Shown here piece after piece: positions 23,892-32,000 of a stretch of 32,000 bases of DNA. The notes under the pieces were generated by a model. That model did no database searches. It had not been told where the DNA came from and saw only the letters and a list, made by a program, of their open reading frames with translations. Each line of letters opens with the position of its first letter. Position 1 is the first letter of the stretch. Made by a program: the position numbers and the translations under genes. Source of the stretch: Candidatus Korarchaeum cryptofilum OPF8 (GTDB lineage Archaea; Korarchaeota; Korarchaeia; Korarchaeales; Korarchaeaceae); the NCBI RefSeq assembly GCF_000019605.1, contig NC_010482.1:1-32000 (forward strand), read 5' to 3'.

Positions 23892-26800
23892 CCTCCGAAC
23901 CTAAAGCGAGAAAAGTTAGATAGATGGCCCTGGCTCTCTCTTCAATTATATTTTTCGCTTTTTCCCTGAGATATTTTGTATATCTCTCCCAATTTGCACC
24001 TTTTCTCTCCTCTATCTCTCCAATGGATCTCCTAGCTTCCATAATAACATCCTTCATGGAACCACCTATCCCCCAGATCCTCCTCGACACCTCCTCTAGA
24101 GATACTGGGCTCAGGTTGAGGAAATCCTCAACTAAGGGTTTGAGCTCAAAGAACCTGCCCTCCTCCCTCAGGCCCTGAAGTATGTAGCATAGGGTCCTCT
24201 GGTTCATCGAGAATAGGTCCTTCAATAGTGAATCGAAGTCCCAGCCGACTACGATGAAGCCCTCATTCACGCACTTCTCGATGGGTGAGAGGCTCATTCC
24301 CGTGGAGTCGAAGAACTCCTTGACCACCAGCTGAGTCTCGATATTCTCCCCATCATAGAGCCCCAGGAATCCGATTGATATGGAATCAGATAACCTGACC
24401 CCGATGAAATCCAGGGAGAGCACTTTATTAGCTCTGGAGGGCCTTGGAATCATGAAACTCTTCCCTTCTAGGATGAAGGGGATCATCTGCTTAGCTAAGA
24501 TGTAATCCACAGCTCTCCTAGCGAATCTCTTCGCTAGATTCCAGTTTAGACCCCTGATCACGAACTCATAGTGGGCTTCCTCATCTATCAGCATCATTAT
24601 TATCTCGGAGAGATCATCGGGCTCGAAGAGATCGATCTCCTTAGCGACCTTGAGCCAGTCCAACTTCTCTATCAAACCGGCGGATTCAGGTTCATGGAGC
24701 ATCATGACCTTCTTCTCACCTAAGTTGGCCACTTCGTAATAGATGGAGTCCACGTGTATACCGAGGGAGAGCCTCAAGACGAGCATGAGAGTGGCCAATC
24801 CTATCCTGAGCCAAACTAAGTCCTCCTTAGGATCAAGCTCCACAGATATACCGTATGTATAATCCCTGTAAACTCCCCCAGTTTGTGTTATCACGGGGAG
24901 GGATCTGTTCTCCCTGAGCAATATCGTACTCTTCCCCGCGTTCACGGGCCTCACTCTGGAGGAACTGAGCTTCCAATAGACCCTATTTGGCACCTTGGTC
25001 CTGAGGCCGAACCCATCTATGGGTGGATCTACTACGCAAACTACCTCAGAGCCGATCCTCCCCTTGTGATAATCATCTATTATATCGGGCCTCTCCCCCC
25101 ATTCCGCCTTTATCCTCTCGTACTCCTCCAGCATGAAGGCCAGGGCATCGAAGGAGTATATGGTCCCGTAATTGAAGGGCCCCTCGATAACTCCAGTTAT
25201 CACCCTACCCTTCCTCCTGAAATCGAGGACGATGGAGTCGTTCCCATAATCTATGCAGCCGGGCTGGAACCTCTCGACTAAGTCGCAGTGACCTATATCC
25301 TCTAAGTACCTGAACTCACTGTCCTCCTTGAGGATCCTCTTGAATCCATAAGGAGGACCGAACTCATAGAAGTTGATCATCTCCCATACCCTCTTCCCCC
25401 TTTCCGTTAAGTTGCCCTGCGATATGAGTCCCAGCTCTGTGAGTAATCCGATCTCCTCCTCCCTCAGGTGATCCCTCATCTGGGGGTTTATCACCTTGAA
25501 TAAGCCCTCGAAGAGCATGGAGTACTTGTTCGATGGGTTCACAAGGGTTATCTCAAGCGGTAGTTTGAGCCATTTAGCCATGGCGTCAGCTCCTCTGGAG
25601 AGGAGCTCCCTATCCCACCTGTATAACGGGAATATCACAGTCTCGGTCCACCCGACATCCTTCCTACCCTTCCTCCCCTCCCTCTGCTTGAACTCCCTCA
25701 AGCTATCCGGGAGCCCTAGGTGGACGATCCTTATGATATTCCCTATATCTATCCCTTGGGAGAGGGTCCTGGGACTTATCAGTATCCTGAGCTCCCCAGA
25801 TCTCGCCGCATCCTCTATCCTCTCCCTCTCATCCTTGGGCACTAAGTGATGATGAGAAGCCACTTTGGTCAGGCCGAACTCGTTGACTAACCTCTTCCTC
25901 AGATTCTCAGCGCTCCTTATACTGTTCGTGAATACAACAGTAACTCCTTCATCTCTCTCATAGTTCGATATGATCTCAGCCGGATCCATGAAGGGTTGAG
26001 GGCACTCTATACCTAGAGATCTCGCGATCTCCACTAGCTTATACACTTCTCTCTCGAAGGACTTATAATCCTTCAGGGAGTTCCTGACATCCTCACCCAC
26101 ATCGCTCGAAAGTATCTCAATCTCATGAGCCTTGAGGCAATCCCAGATGCTCCTCAAGTTCTTCCCTAATACGAGGTAGACATCGTTCCTGGGCCTGAAG
26201 GGATCTCCCCTTATTATTGAGGTCTCCCTCCCATTGGTCGAAGTTAGGAATGAGGCGAGATCGTCAGGATTTCCCAGCGTTGCAGTAAGTACAGCTATCT
26301 GAGGTTTCCTCTCTGAAATAAGAGAGATTACCCTGATTATCGATAGAAGAAGAGCTATCTCCCTCGGCCCATAGAAGTCTAACTCATCCAGGACGAGTAG
26401 CTCCAGCTTCCTGAGGAAGCTCAGCAGGTATCCCTTGGAGAGCCTCTTCAGATCTACCAGAAGGAATGCGGGGTTCGTTATAACTAAGTTAGATGAGGTG
26501 ACCACTTCCCTGATGCCATGAGCCCCATGCGAGGATACGAGTAGCTCCCTCCTCCTAGCGTCCAAGATCTGCGGGTTCATGCCTAAGGCCCTCGAGTAAT
26601 TCTCCAACCTCCTGATCTGATCGTTCGCGAGGGCTAAAGTTGGATAGAGAGCTAAAGTCCTCTTCCCCTTCGCGGTATAGAAGAACCAACCTTCCGTCTT
26701 CCCGCTGCCAGTCCCAGAAATCAATATAATATTCTTACCATCTTCAAGGGAATTTAGGGCTTCCATCTGATGTAAATAAAGCTTCTTATCTGCTATCTCC

Positions 26801-26946
26801 CTACTCTTCCCCTCGCCAATATATAATTCAGGGAAGAGATCCCCGAAACTGACCTCGACGGTTTTTGGCCTTATCCCATCCTCAGAATAGGCCTCAAAAT
26901 CATAACCTAATGATCTGAGTAAATCGGAGGATGAGATCCTCGTCAA
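23863..26946 (-). CDS. large SF2 DExD helicase, MrfA/YprA-like (DUF1998-type architecture), with an additional uncharacterised C-terminal domain
   Basis: Helicase motifs: LYLHQMEAL, SGTGSGKT (I), YPTLALANDQ (Ia), LDELD (II), LTATL (III), SQGIDIG (V), QREGRKGR (VI). The downstream layout is IGHCDLVERFQPGCIDYGNDSIVLDF ... GLATLMLVLRLSLGIHVDSI ... VMMLHEPESAGLIEKL. From memory, this mirrors the beta-barrel and DUF1998 regions of YprA-like helicases. TTG start 5 nt after the hsp20 stop. Confidence 0.75.
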   Translation of the reverse strand: MTRISSSDLLRSLGYDFEAYSEDGIRPKTVEVSFGDLFPELYIGEGKSREIADKKLYLHQMEALNSLEDGKNIILISGTGSGKTEGWFFYTAKGKRTLALYPTLALANDQIRRLENYSRALGMNPQILDARRRELLVSSHGAHGIREVVTSSNLVITNPAFLLVDLKRLSKGYLLSFLRKLELLVLDELDFYGPREIALLLSIIRVISLISERKPQIAVLTATLGNPDDLASFLTSTNGRETSIIRGDPFRPRNDVYLVLGKNLRSIWDCLKAHEIEILSSDVGEDVRNSLKDYKSFEREVYKLVEIARSLGIECPQPFMDPAEIISNYERDEGVTVVFTNSIRSAENLRKRLVNEFGLTKVASHHHLVPKDERERIEDAARSGELRILISPRTLSQGIDIGNIIRIVHLGLPDSLREFKQREGRKGRKDVGWTETVIFPLYRWDRELLSRGADAMAKWLKLPLEITLVNPSNKYSMLFEGLFKVINPQMRDHLREEEIGLLTELGLISQGNLTERGKRVWEMINFYEFGPPYGFKRILKEDSEFRYLEDIGHCDLVERFQPGCIDYGNDSIVLDFRRKGRVITGVIEGPFNYGTIYSFDALAFMLEEYERIKAEWGERPDIIDDYHKGRIGSEVVCVVDPPIDGFGLRTKVPNRVYWKLSSSRVRPVNAGKSTILLRENRSLPVITQTGGVYRDYTYGISVELDPKEDLVWLRIGLATLMLVLRLSLGIHVDSIYYEVANLGEKKVMMLHEPESAGLIEKLDWLKVAKEIDLFEPDDLSEIIMMLIDEEAHYEFVIRGLNWNLAKRFARRAVDYILAKQMIPFILEGKSFMIPRPSRANKVLSLDFIGVRLSDSISIGFLGLYDGENIETQLVVKEFFDSTGMSLSPIEKCVNEGFIVVGWDFDSLLKDLFSMNQRTLCYILQGLREEGRFFELKPLVEDFLNLSPVSLEEVSRRIWGIGGSMKDVIMEARRSIGEIEERKGANWERYTKYLREKAKNIIEERARAIYLTFLALGSEVSRPVSHHL

Positions 26947-26951
26947 TTAGC

Positions 26952-27380
26952 CTACCTTTTAGGTATCCTTACCTCCAGAATCCCGTTCCTGTAAGTGGCC
27001 CTTATCCTCTCTGAGTCAGGCTCTATTGATAGTTGTATCCTCCTCAGGAGATCTCCCGCCTTTATAGTTATCTCCTTCCCCTTCAACCTGACTGAGATAT
27101 CCTCCTTACTTATACCAGGAACCTCAGCGACTATGAGGATCTCATCCTCCAGATCTATAACATCAACTAACTGCTCCTCTAACTCCAAACCCCTCCCCCC
27201 CTCAGATGAAGTATCGGGCTCGGGGGAGATCTCGACCCCCTCTCCCTCCTCAGCGTTCCATGATATATCGCCGTTGATGAAGCTAGATAGATCCTCATCC
27301 ATCTTCCTCAGCAGCTCCATCACGTCCCTTATGAAGCGATCGAAGGGGTCATCATAAGGGGTCTTCCTCTTATCTCCCAA
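26952..27380 (-). CDS. small heat-shock protein (Hsp20/alpha-crystallin family), atypical
   Basis: DPFDRFIRDVMELLRKMD N-terminal motif. The alpha-crystallin core is VDVIDLEDEILIVAEVPGISKEDISVRLKGKEITIKA ... ATYRNGILEVRIPK. TTG start preceded by GGGGGG; an internal ATG at codon 21 is an alternative. Confidence 0.75.
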   Translation of the reverse strand: MGDKRKTPYDDPFDRFIRDVMELLRKMDEDLSSFINGDISWNAEEGEGVEISPEPDTSSEGGRGLELEEQLVDVIDLEDEILIVAEVPGISKEDISVRLKGKEITIKAGDLLRRIQLSIEPDSERIRATYRNGILEVRIPKR

Positions 27381-27414
27381 CTAACCCCCCAAGCCTATCG
27401 CCCGTAACCCATAT

Positions 27415-30123
27415 TTAATCGCTTACCATCACCTCCTCTAACATCTCAATATTCGAAATACCATTCACCTTACTGACGAGTATGGATCTGGACGCTATAT
27501 CCCTGAACCTTGGGGAGTGCGTCACCACTATTATCTGAGGTATCTGGAGCGATGAGAGGGCCTCGAGCAGGGACTCTATCCTCTCATCATCCAAATGTAT
27601 GGTTGGCTCATCTAGGATGAAGCACTCTATCTTAGTTGAAACGAGGTATCTAGCTATAGCTAGTCTCAGAGCGAGCGCTAAGGAGATCCTCTCCCCACCG
27701 CTCAAGATGTCGAACGAGTAAGCTTTCCCCCCTCTCCTCAGGATGGGAGTGAAGTTCTCATCAAGCTCTATGGAATCGTAATCGAACCCGAATGAGCTGA
27801 AGATCTCATTGAGCTCCCTCTCTATTATTGGCTTAGCTCTCTCCCTCAGGGAAGCTTGTATACCCCTATCCCTACTGAATATTTCCCTTATCTTCAATAC
27901 CTTCAGTCTGAAATTCTCATATTTCTCTTTCCTCTCCCTGAGCTTCCTCAACTTCTCAGATTTAGTTTCTAACTCACTGATCTTCTTCTTAAGCTCTCCC
28001 ATGATCCCTTCAAGCTCTCCCCTAGTTTTAATTATCTCTCTCATCCTCTCCTCCGCTTCATTCAACTCGCTCCTCGCTTCTGATAGGGCAACTTCATCGA
28101 AGCCGAGAGATGCTATCATTTCAGAGAGTTCTCTGACCTTCTCACTATCCAAAGATATTTCCTCTGAAAGCTCATTTAAAATACTTGAAATCCTTTCTCT
28201 CTCCCTCAGAAGTCCCTTAAGCCTCTCAAACTCTATAAAAGCTTTTTTTGATCTCTGATATTCTTCCTCAATGTTCACGACATTCAGCTCCTTCGTTAAT
28301 GAAGCTATCTCTCCCTCGAGGGAGCTTATCTCCTGCCTCATCTTATCTAAGTCCACTCCAATGAGTAGCGACCTCAACCCCTCAGCCTTCTCCTTCAGCT
28401 TCTCAACTCTCTCGATATCGGAAATCAATTTCCTGTATTCCAACTCCAATTCATCCAGGTCCCTCAAATGATCCCCTAACTCAGCGATTTTCTCTGATAA
28501 ATCCCTTACATCTTCTTCTATCTTCCTCAAAGAATCATTAATGCTGCTAAGCTCCCTCAGATTTTCCCTCAGCTTCTTCGATGCATCATCTACCCTCCCG
28601 ATCCTCTCCACAGTCAGTTTTCTCTCCTCATTCAGAGAAGCCAGTCTCTCCTCTATCTCAGGAATCCTCGCCTCCATCTCATTTAAACTCCTCTGGAGGT
28701 TTCCCCTGAGCTCCTCTATTACTTCCATCGTGAGCTTTGAGCCGCATAACGGGCACCTCTCCGGATTCGTGCTCAGCTCTCCCAAGTATACTGAGTAACT
28801 GTTGATCCTCTCCCTCAACGCGGCGATTTCATTATTCAAATTTTTCATATTTTGATCGATCTCCTCTAAATGCTTTTTAAGATTCTCGGAGAACTGTGAG
28901 CAGAATTGAAGAGCATCCTCCGGATCCTCAGGAACCTCCTCGGCAATCTCCCTCAGTGAATTGAGCTCCAAGCTCGATAAAACCCTTATTTCATCGATTC
29001 TCCTCAAAAGATCACTTTCCTTCTCCTTCAAACCTGCAAGCTTCATATCCATCTTAGTGAGCTCCTGTTTCTTGCTCCTCTTCTCTTCTATTTTCTCCTT
29101 AATCCTCACGAGGATCTCTTTCCTCCCTTCTATATCCGAGATCTCCTTCTCTAAAGCCCTGAGCTCATCTAGCCTCTCGTTGGCTGTTTCAATATTTCTC
29201 CTCAGATCCGAAAGCTTCACTGCTAAATCCCTCAGCCTAGAAATCTTATCGAACTTTGATGCGATCTTCTCTATCTCCGGAAGCTTCGATAAACTTTCAT
29301 CGATTCTAATAAGTTCGCTTTCAAGTTCCCTCCTCTTTCTAATATTCTGCTCGATTTTCCTCTCTATCTCGGTGAGCTTAGACTTCAGCTCGATGAACTT
29401 CCTCCTCTTTTCCTCGATCTCATCAACTAACTTTCTAAGCTCCTCTATCTTCGATTGAAGGATATATTTTTGAGAATCTAGTTCGGAGAGCTTCCCCTTG
29501 AGCTCCTCTATCTTCCTCTCCACCTCCAGCCTCTCCCTATCCACATCCCCCATAGCGGCTATCTCCCTATCCATCGCCCTTATCTCTGAATCCAGCCTGT
29601 CTATGACCCCCCTGAGCTCCTCCCATAATCTCTCAAGCATATCTATGCCAAGGAGCCTGGCGATTATCTCCTTCCTCTTCGAAGGCTGGCTCTCCAATAG
29701 CTCCTGTATCTCACCCTGCCTCACGTAGATCCCCTGGAGGAATACATCCCTGCTGAATCCCAAGATTGCCTCTATCTGGGATGATACCTTGCTCTGGTCC
29801 CTCTGTATGAGTTTTTTACCCCCTTCTATGATCTCATGAAGCTCTGCGGATACTCCCCCATCCCTCCCCCTCTCTCTAGTCACTATATAGCTCCTCCCAT
29901 CGACCTCGAACTCGAGCGCTACCCTCATATAGGGGGCTCCGATCCTTATCAGTTCATCCTGCTGCCTGCTGGCTCTGTGATAGAGAGCATAAGCTATTGC
30001 CTCAAGTATAGTCGTTTTCCCAGCTCCGTTGTTCCCTATTATAGCATTTATCCCATCGGCGAAAGTTATATCAGTTTTTTGATGGGATCCGAAGTTTTCA
30101 AGCGATATTCTTTTTATCCTCAA
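27415..30123 (-). CDS. rad50: DNA double-strand break repair ATPase Rad50
   Basis: Walker A GNNGAGKTT. Very long E/K/L-rich coiled coil with a central zinc hook CPLC. Signature SGGERISLALALRLA and Walker B CFILDEPT. Length 902 aa. The start overlaps the mre11 stop by 4 nt. Confidence 0.95.
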   Translation of the reverse strand: MRIKRISLENFGSHQKTDITFADGINAIIGNNGAGKTTILEAIAYALYHRASRQQDELIRIGAPYMRVALEFEVDGRSYIVTRERGRDGGVSAELHEIIEGGKKLIQRDQSKVSSQIEAILGFSRDVFLQGIYVRQGEIQELLESQPSKRKEIIARLLGIDMLERLWEELRGVIDRLDSEIRAMDREIAAMGDVDRERLEVERKIEELKGKLSELDSQKYILQSKIEELRKLVDEIEEKRRKFIELKSKLTEIERKIEQNIRKRRELESELIRIDESLSKLPEIEKIASKFDKISRLRDLAVKLSDLRRNIETANERLDELRALEKEISDIEGRKEILVRIKEKIEEKRSKKQELTKMDMKLAGLKEKESDLLRRIDEIRVLSSLELNSLREIAEEVPEDPEDALQFCSQFSENLKKHLEEIDQNMKNLNNEIAALRERINSYSVYLGELSTNPERCPLCGSKLTMEVIEELRGNLQRSLNEMEARIPEIEERLASLNEERKLTVERIGRVDDASKKLRENLRELSSINDSLRKIEEDVRDLSEKIAELGDHLRDLDELELEYRKLISDIERVEKLKEKAEGLRSLLIGVDLDKMRQEISSLEGEIASLTKELNVVNIEEEYQRSKKAFIEFERLKGLLRERERISSILNELSEEISLDSEKVRELSEMIASLGFDEVALSEARSELNEAEERMREIIKTRGELEGIMGELKKKISELETKSEKLRKLRERKEKYENFRLKVLKIREIFSRDRGIQASLRERAKPIIERELNEIFSSFGFDYDSIELDENFTPILRRGGKAYSFDILSGGERISLALALRLAIARYLVSTKIECFILDEPTIHLDDERIESLLEALSSLQIPQIIVVTHSPRFRDIASRSILVSKVNGISNIEMLEEVMVSD

Positions 30124-31298
30124 GGCTCCTCCACCATCCTCATGACCTCATTCAGGAAATCCTCTCCCCTCTTCCCCTCCCTGTACCATATGTCGAATAT
30201 CCTAATAGCGAGGGATTTGATATCCTCATCTATCTTGAGGGAGCCTATCAATTGAGATATTGTGTCCTCTAGCCCCAGCAACGGGGCCTCATCCGATACC
30301 TCTTCCCTCTCCTCAAACCTCTCCTTGACGGCTATGTGGAGGGCATCGCTAGAGAGGGATCTCTTGATCTCCCCAGTTGAGAACCCGGGCTTCAAGGATC
30401 CCTTCACCTGGATTCTCCCGCATATAACAGGCCTCTCCTTCCCCTTAATCTCATTCCTTATCCTCTCTATTAGGGAGTAGAGATCCCTCGTGTTCCTTAT
30501 GATCTCGGAGAAAGTTATGAAGGGCCTCGTCTCGAGCTTTATCTCCCTAACATCAACGCCATCCCTCTCTATATCCACGGAGAGTATGTACTTGCTTCCA
30601 TCCGAAGTGAAGGCCTCCCTCAGCTCAACGATCTCAGTGGATCCGGGGTAGGCGAACACTCTATTCCCACTCCTCCTCACGACCTTATTGTGATAGTGCC
30701 CCATAGCGACATAGTTGAAGCTAGTGCTCGCTATATGGGAGAAATCGAGCTCCGGATAAAACGTCTTGATCATCCCCTTAACTCCCTGATGGATCATCAG
30801 GACTGAGGGGCAATTGCACAAACTCTTGCATTTTCCCTCCAAATTGCTTATCATAGCCGGGACATCTTTACCCAGGCTCTTGTAGGGTAGGCCAGCCACA
30901 ACGAGGTCACCTATCCTCTCAACCTTCGCATTGAGTCTCATGAACAGCTTCCCATAACCGAGCCTATTGAAGAGAGTCTCCATGTTCGCGATAGGGGAAG
31001 TTATCTGCTTTCTCACGACATCTGGCCCCAGCTCGTGGTTCCCTTCTATTATCGCTATCGGTATCCCCCTCTCAGCCAGTTTCATGAGGGATTCGAACGC
31101 CCTAACGAATGCCCTGGGATGGGGCCTGTAGCTATCGAATAGATCCCCAGTATATATGAGTAGATCAGGCTTCTCCGATATAGCGATATCTATAGCCCTA
31201 CTGAAGGATGAGTAGAAGTCCTCCTCCCTCTCAGCTAGATTGAATTGAGCCTTCCCCAAGTGACTGTCCGATAAATGAACTAGCCTCATCTCAATCAC
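30120..31298 (-). CDS. mre11: DNA double-strand break repair nuclease Mre11
   Basis: Phosphoesterase motifs HLSDSHLG, GDLFD, GNHE, HQG and GHYH in canonical order. Overlaps herA by 8 nt. Confidence 0.95.
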   Translation of the reverse strand: MIEMRLVHLSDSHLGKAQFNLAEREEDFYSSFSRAIDIAISEKPDLLIYTGDLFDSYRPHPRAFVRAFESLMKLAERGIPIAIIEGNHELGPDVVRKQITSPIANMETLFNRLGYGKLFMRLNAKVERIGDLVVAGLPYKSLGKDVPAMISNLEGKCKSLCNCPSVLMIHQGVKGMIKTFYPELDFSHIASTSFNYVAMGHYHNKVVRRSGNRVFAYPGSTEIVELREAFTSDGSKYILSVDIERDGVDVREIKLETRPFITFSEIIRNTRDLYSLIERIRNEIKGKERPVICGRIQVKGSLKPGFSTGEIKRSLSSDALHIAVKERFEEREEVSDEAPLLGLEDTISQLIGSLKIDEDIKSLAIRIFDIWYREGKRGEDFLNEVMRMVEEP

Positions 31299-32000
31299 CT
31301 ATGGCTGAGTAATAATCGTCCCTGAAGTCCTTCCTCTCAATTCCCCTCTTCCATAGCTCCCTCGCTTTCAGGCTCTCCCCCCTCCTCTTGGCTTTGGATA
31401 ATCTGACCTTTATGAGAGCTGGTATCTTGAGCATAGGACCGACGACTACCGCTTCCCCTATATCCAAGGACGGGAGGTACTTCACCATATCCTCGCTGAG
31501 GAATTCCGTAGCCCTCCTTATGTATGCCTGGTCCTCAGGTTCTATCACCCTCAATATTATCTTATTGACCATCTGCGAGAGTATGTCCGTGTTTATGCCC
31601 TTAGGCCTCTGACTGACTAAGCAGAGACCAATCCCGAATTTCCTACCTTCTCTAGCTATTTTCGAGGCGGCATAATTCGTGTAAGTGTCCATCATGGAGG
31701 GCACCAGTATATGCGCTTCTTCTATCACTGAGAGCACGGGAATAGGCATCCAAACATCTGACCCCATTCTCCTCTTTTTAGCCCTATCTAGTAGAGTTAG
31801 GAGGGTCTTACCGACGACTATATCCGTTAACTCCGTGTCTAATTGACCCAAATCGACTACGACAAGCTTTCCATAGTTCAAGTGATCGACTATCTCACCG
31901 GCCCGTGAGACTAAAACCCTGGAATACCTCTCCCTCACATGCTCCAGCCTAGCTAAGAGGCTCAATATGCTCTCCCTATCCCTATACTCGTACCTCAGTA
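31291..32000 (-). CDS. herA: HerA-type hexameric DNA helicase/translocase, C-terminal part; N-terminus outside window
   Basis: The reading frame stays open to nt 32000, so the TTG at 31965 is not the real start. Walker B/sensor region VIEEAH...VSQRP...N and the position directly upstream of mre11 support the call. Confidence 0.85.
   Translation of the reverse strand, partial: LRYEYRDRESILSLLARLEHVRERYSRVLVSRAGEIVDHLNYGKLVVVDLGQLDTELTDIVVGKTLLTLLDRAKKRRMGSDVWMPIPVLSVIEEAHILVPSMMDTYTNYAASKIAREGRKFGIGLCLVSQRPKGINTDILSQMVNKIILRVIEPEDQAYIRRATEFLSEDMVKYLPSLDIGEAVVVGPMLKIPALIKVRLSKAKRRGESLKARELWKRGIERKDFRDDYYSAIGD

Noticed and set aside
27809-29728. Series of + strand ORFs (66-165 aa) extremely rich in Ser, Leu, Ile and Phe
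   Set aside because: They are antisense to the Rad50 coiled coil. They mirror its GAG/AAG/CTC-rich codons, have low-complexity products, and show no start or RBS context.
1-32000. CRISPR arrays, transposases/IS elements, rRNA genes and toxin-antitoxin pairs
   Set aside because: I looked for regularly spaced direct repeats, DDE/integrase-like ORFs and rRNA-like conserved strings and found none. The only tandem DNA repeat seen is the 2 x 24-nt coding repeat at 17110-17157.

Overview
Gene-dense chromosomal segment, nearly all coding on both strands, that looks archaeal and thermophile-like. Supporting markers are an archaeal-type SAM synthetase, a tungsten-type aldehyde:ferredoxin oxidoreductase, a Pyrococcus-style Asp-ligand ferredoxin, a ~320-nt archaeal SRP RNA, a tRNA without encoded CCA, and a herA-mre11-rad50 cluster. 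My guess is a Korarchaeota/TACK-like lineage, but I cannot verify that without a search. Left to right the window holds: a DRG-like GTPase and rpiA; SRP RNA; ferredoxin and a DtxR-family regulator; moaB and two tandem moeA paralogs; hom and aspartate kinase; tRNA-Thr(UGU); an IMPase-family gene; an ATP-cone protein; a MoaD-like Ubl downstream of aor; three radical SAM genes; a membrane FHA protein translationally coupled to a Hanks kinase; an Mrp/NBP35-like ATPase; an AT-rich island; a PKD-repeat surface protein; a radical SAM/SPASM maturase with a wHTH gene; the SAM synthetase; and a minus-strand herA-mre11-rad50 operon. No CRISPR array, transposase, integrase or rRNA was seen. The most unusual locus is the tail of the DSB-repair operon. 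Where nurA normally sits there is an atypical Hsp20-like gene and a 1027-aa MrfA/YprA-like SF2 helicase. That helicase lacks the usual 4-Cys module and carries an extra ~200-250-aa tail with weak exonuclease-like motifs. Other points worth follow-up are the FHA/kinase pair, the orphan SPASM maturase, the radical SAM trio, a MoaD-like protein with a 12-residue extension after its Gly-Gly, and a DRG paralog with degenerate G motifs. All family assignments come from motif recognition by eye, not from searches.
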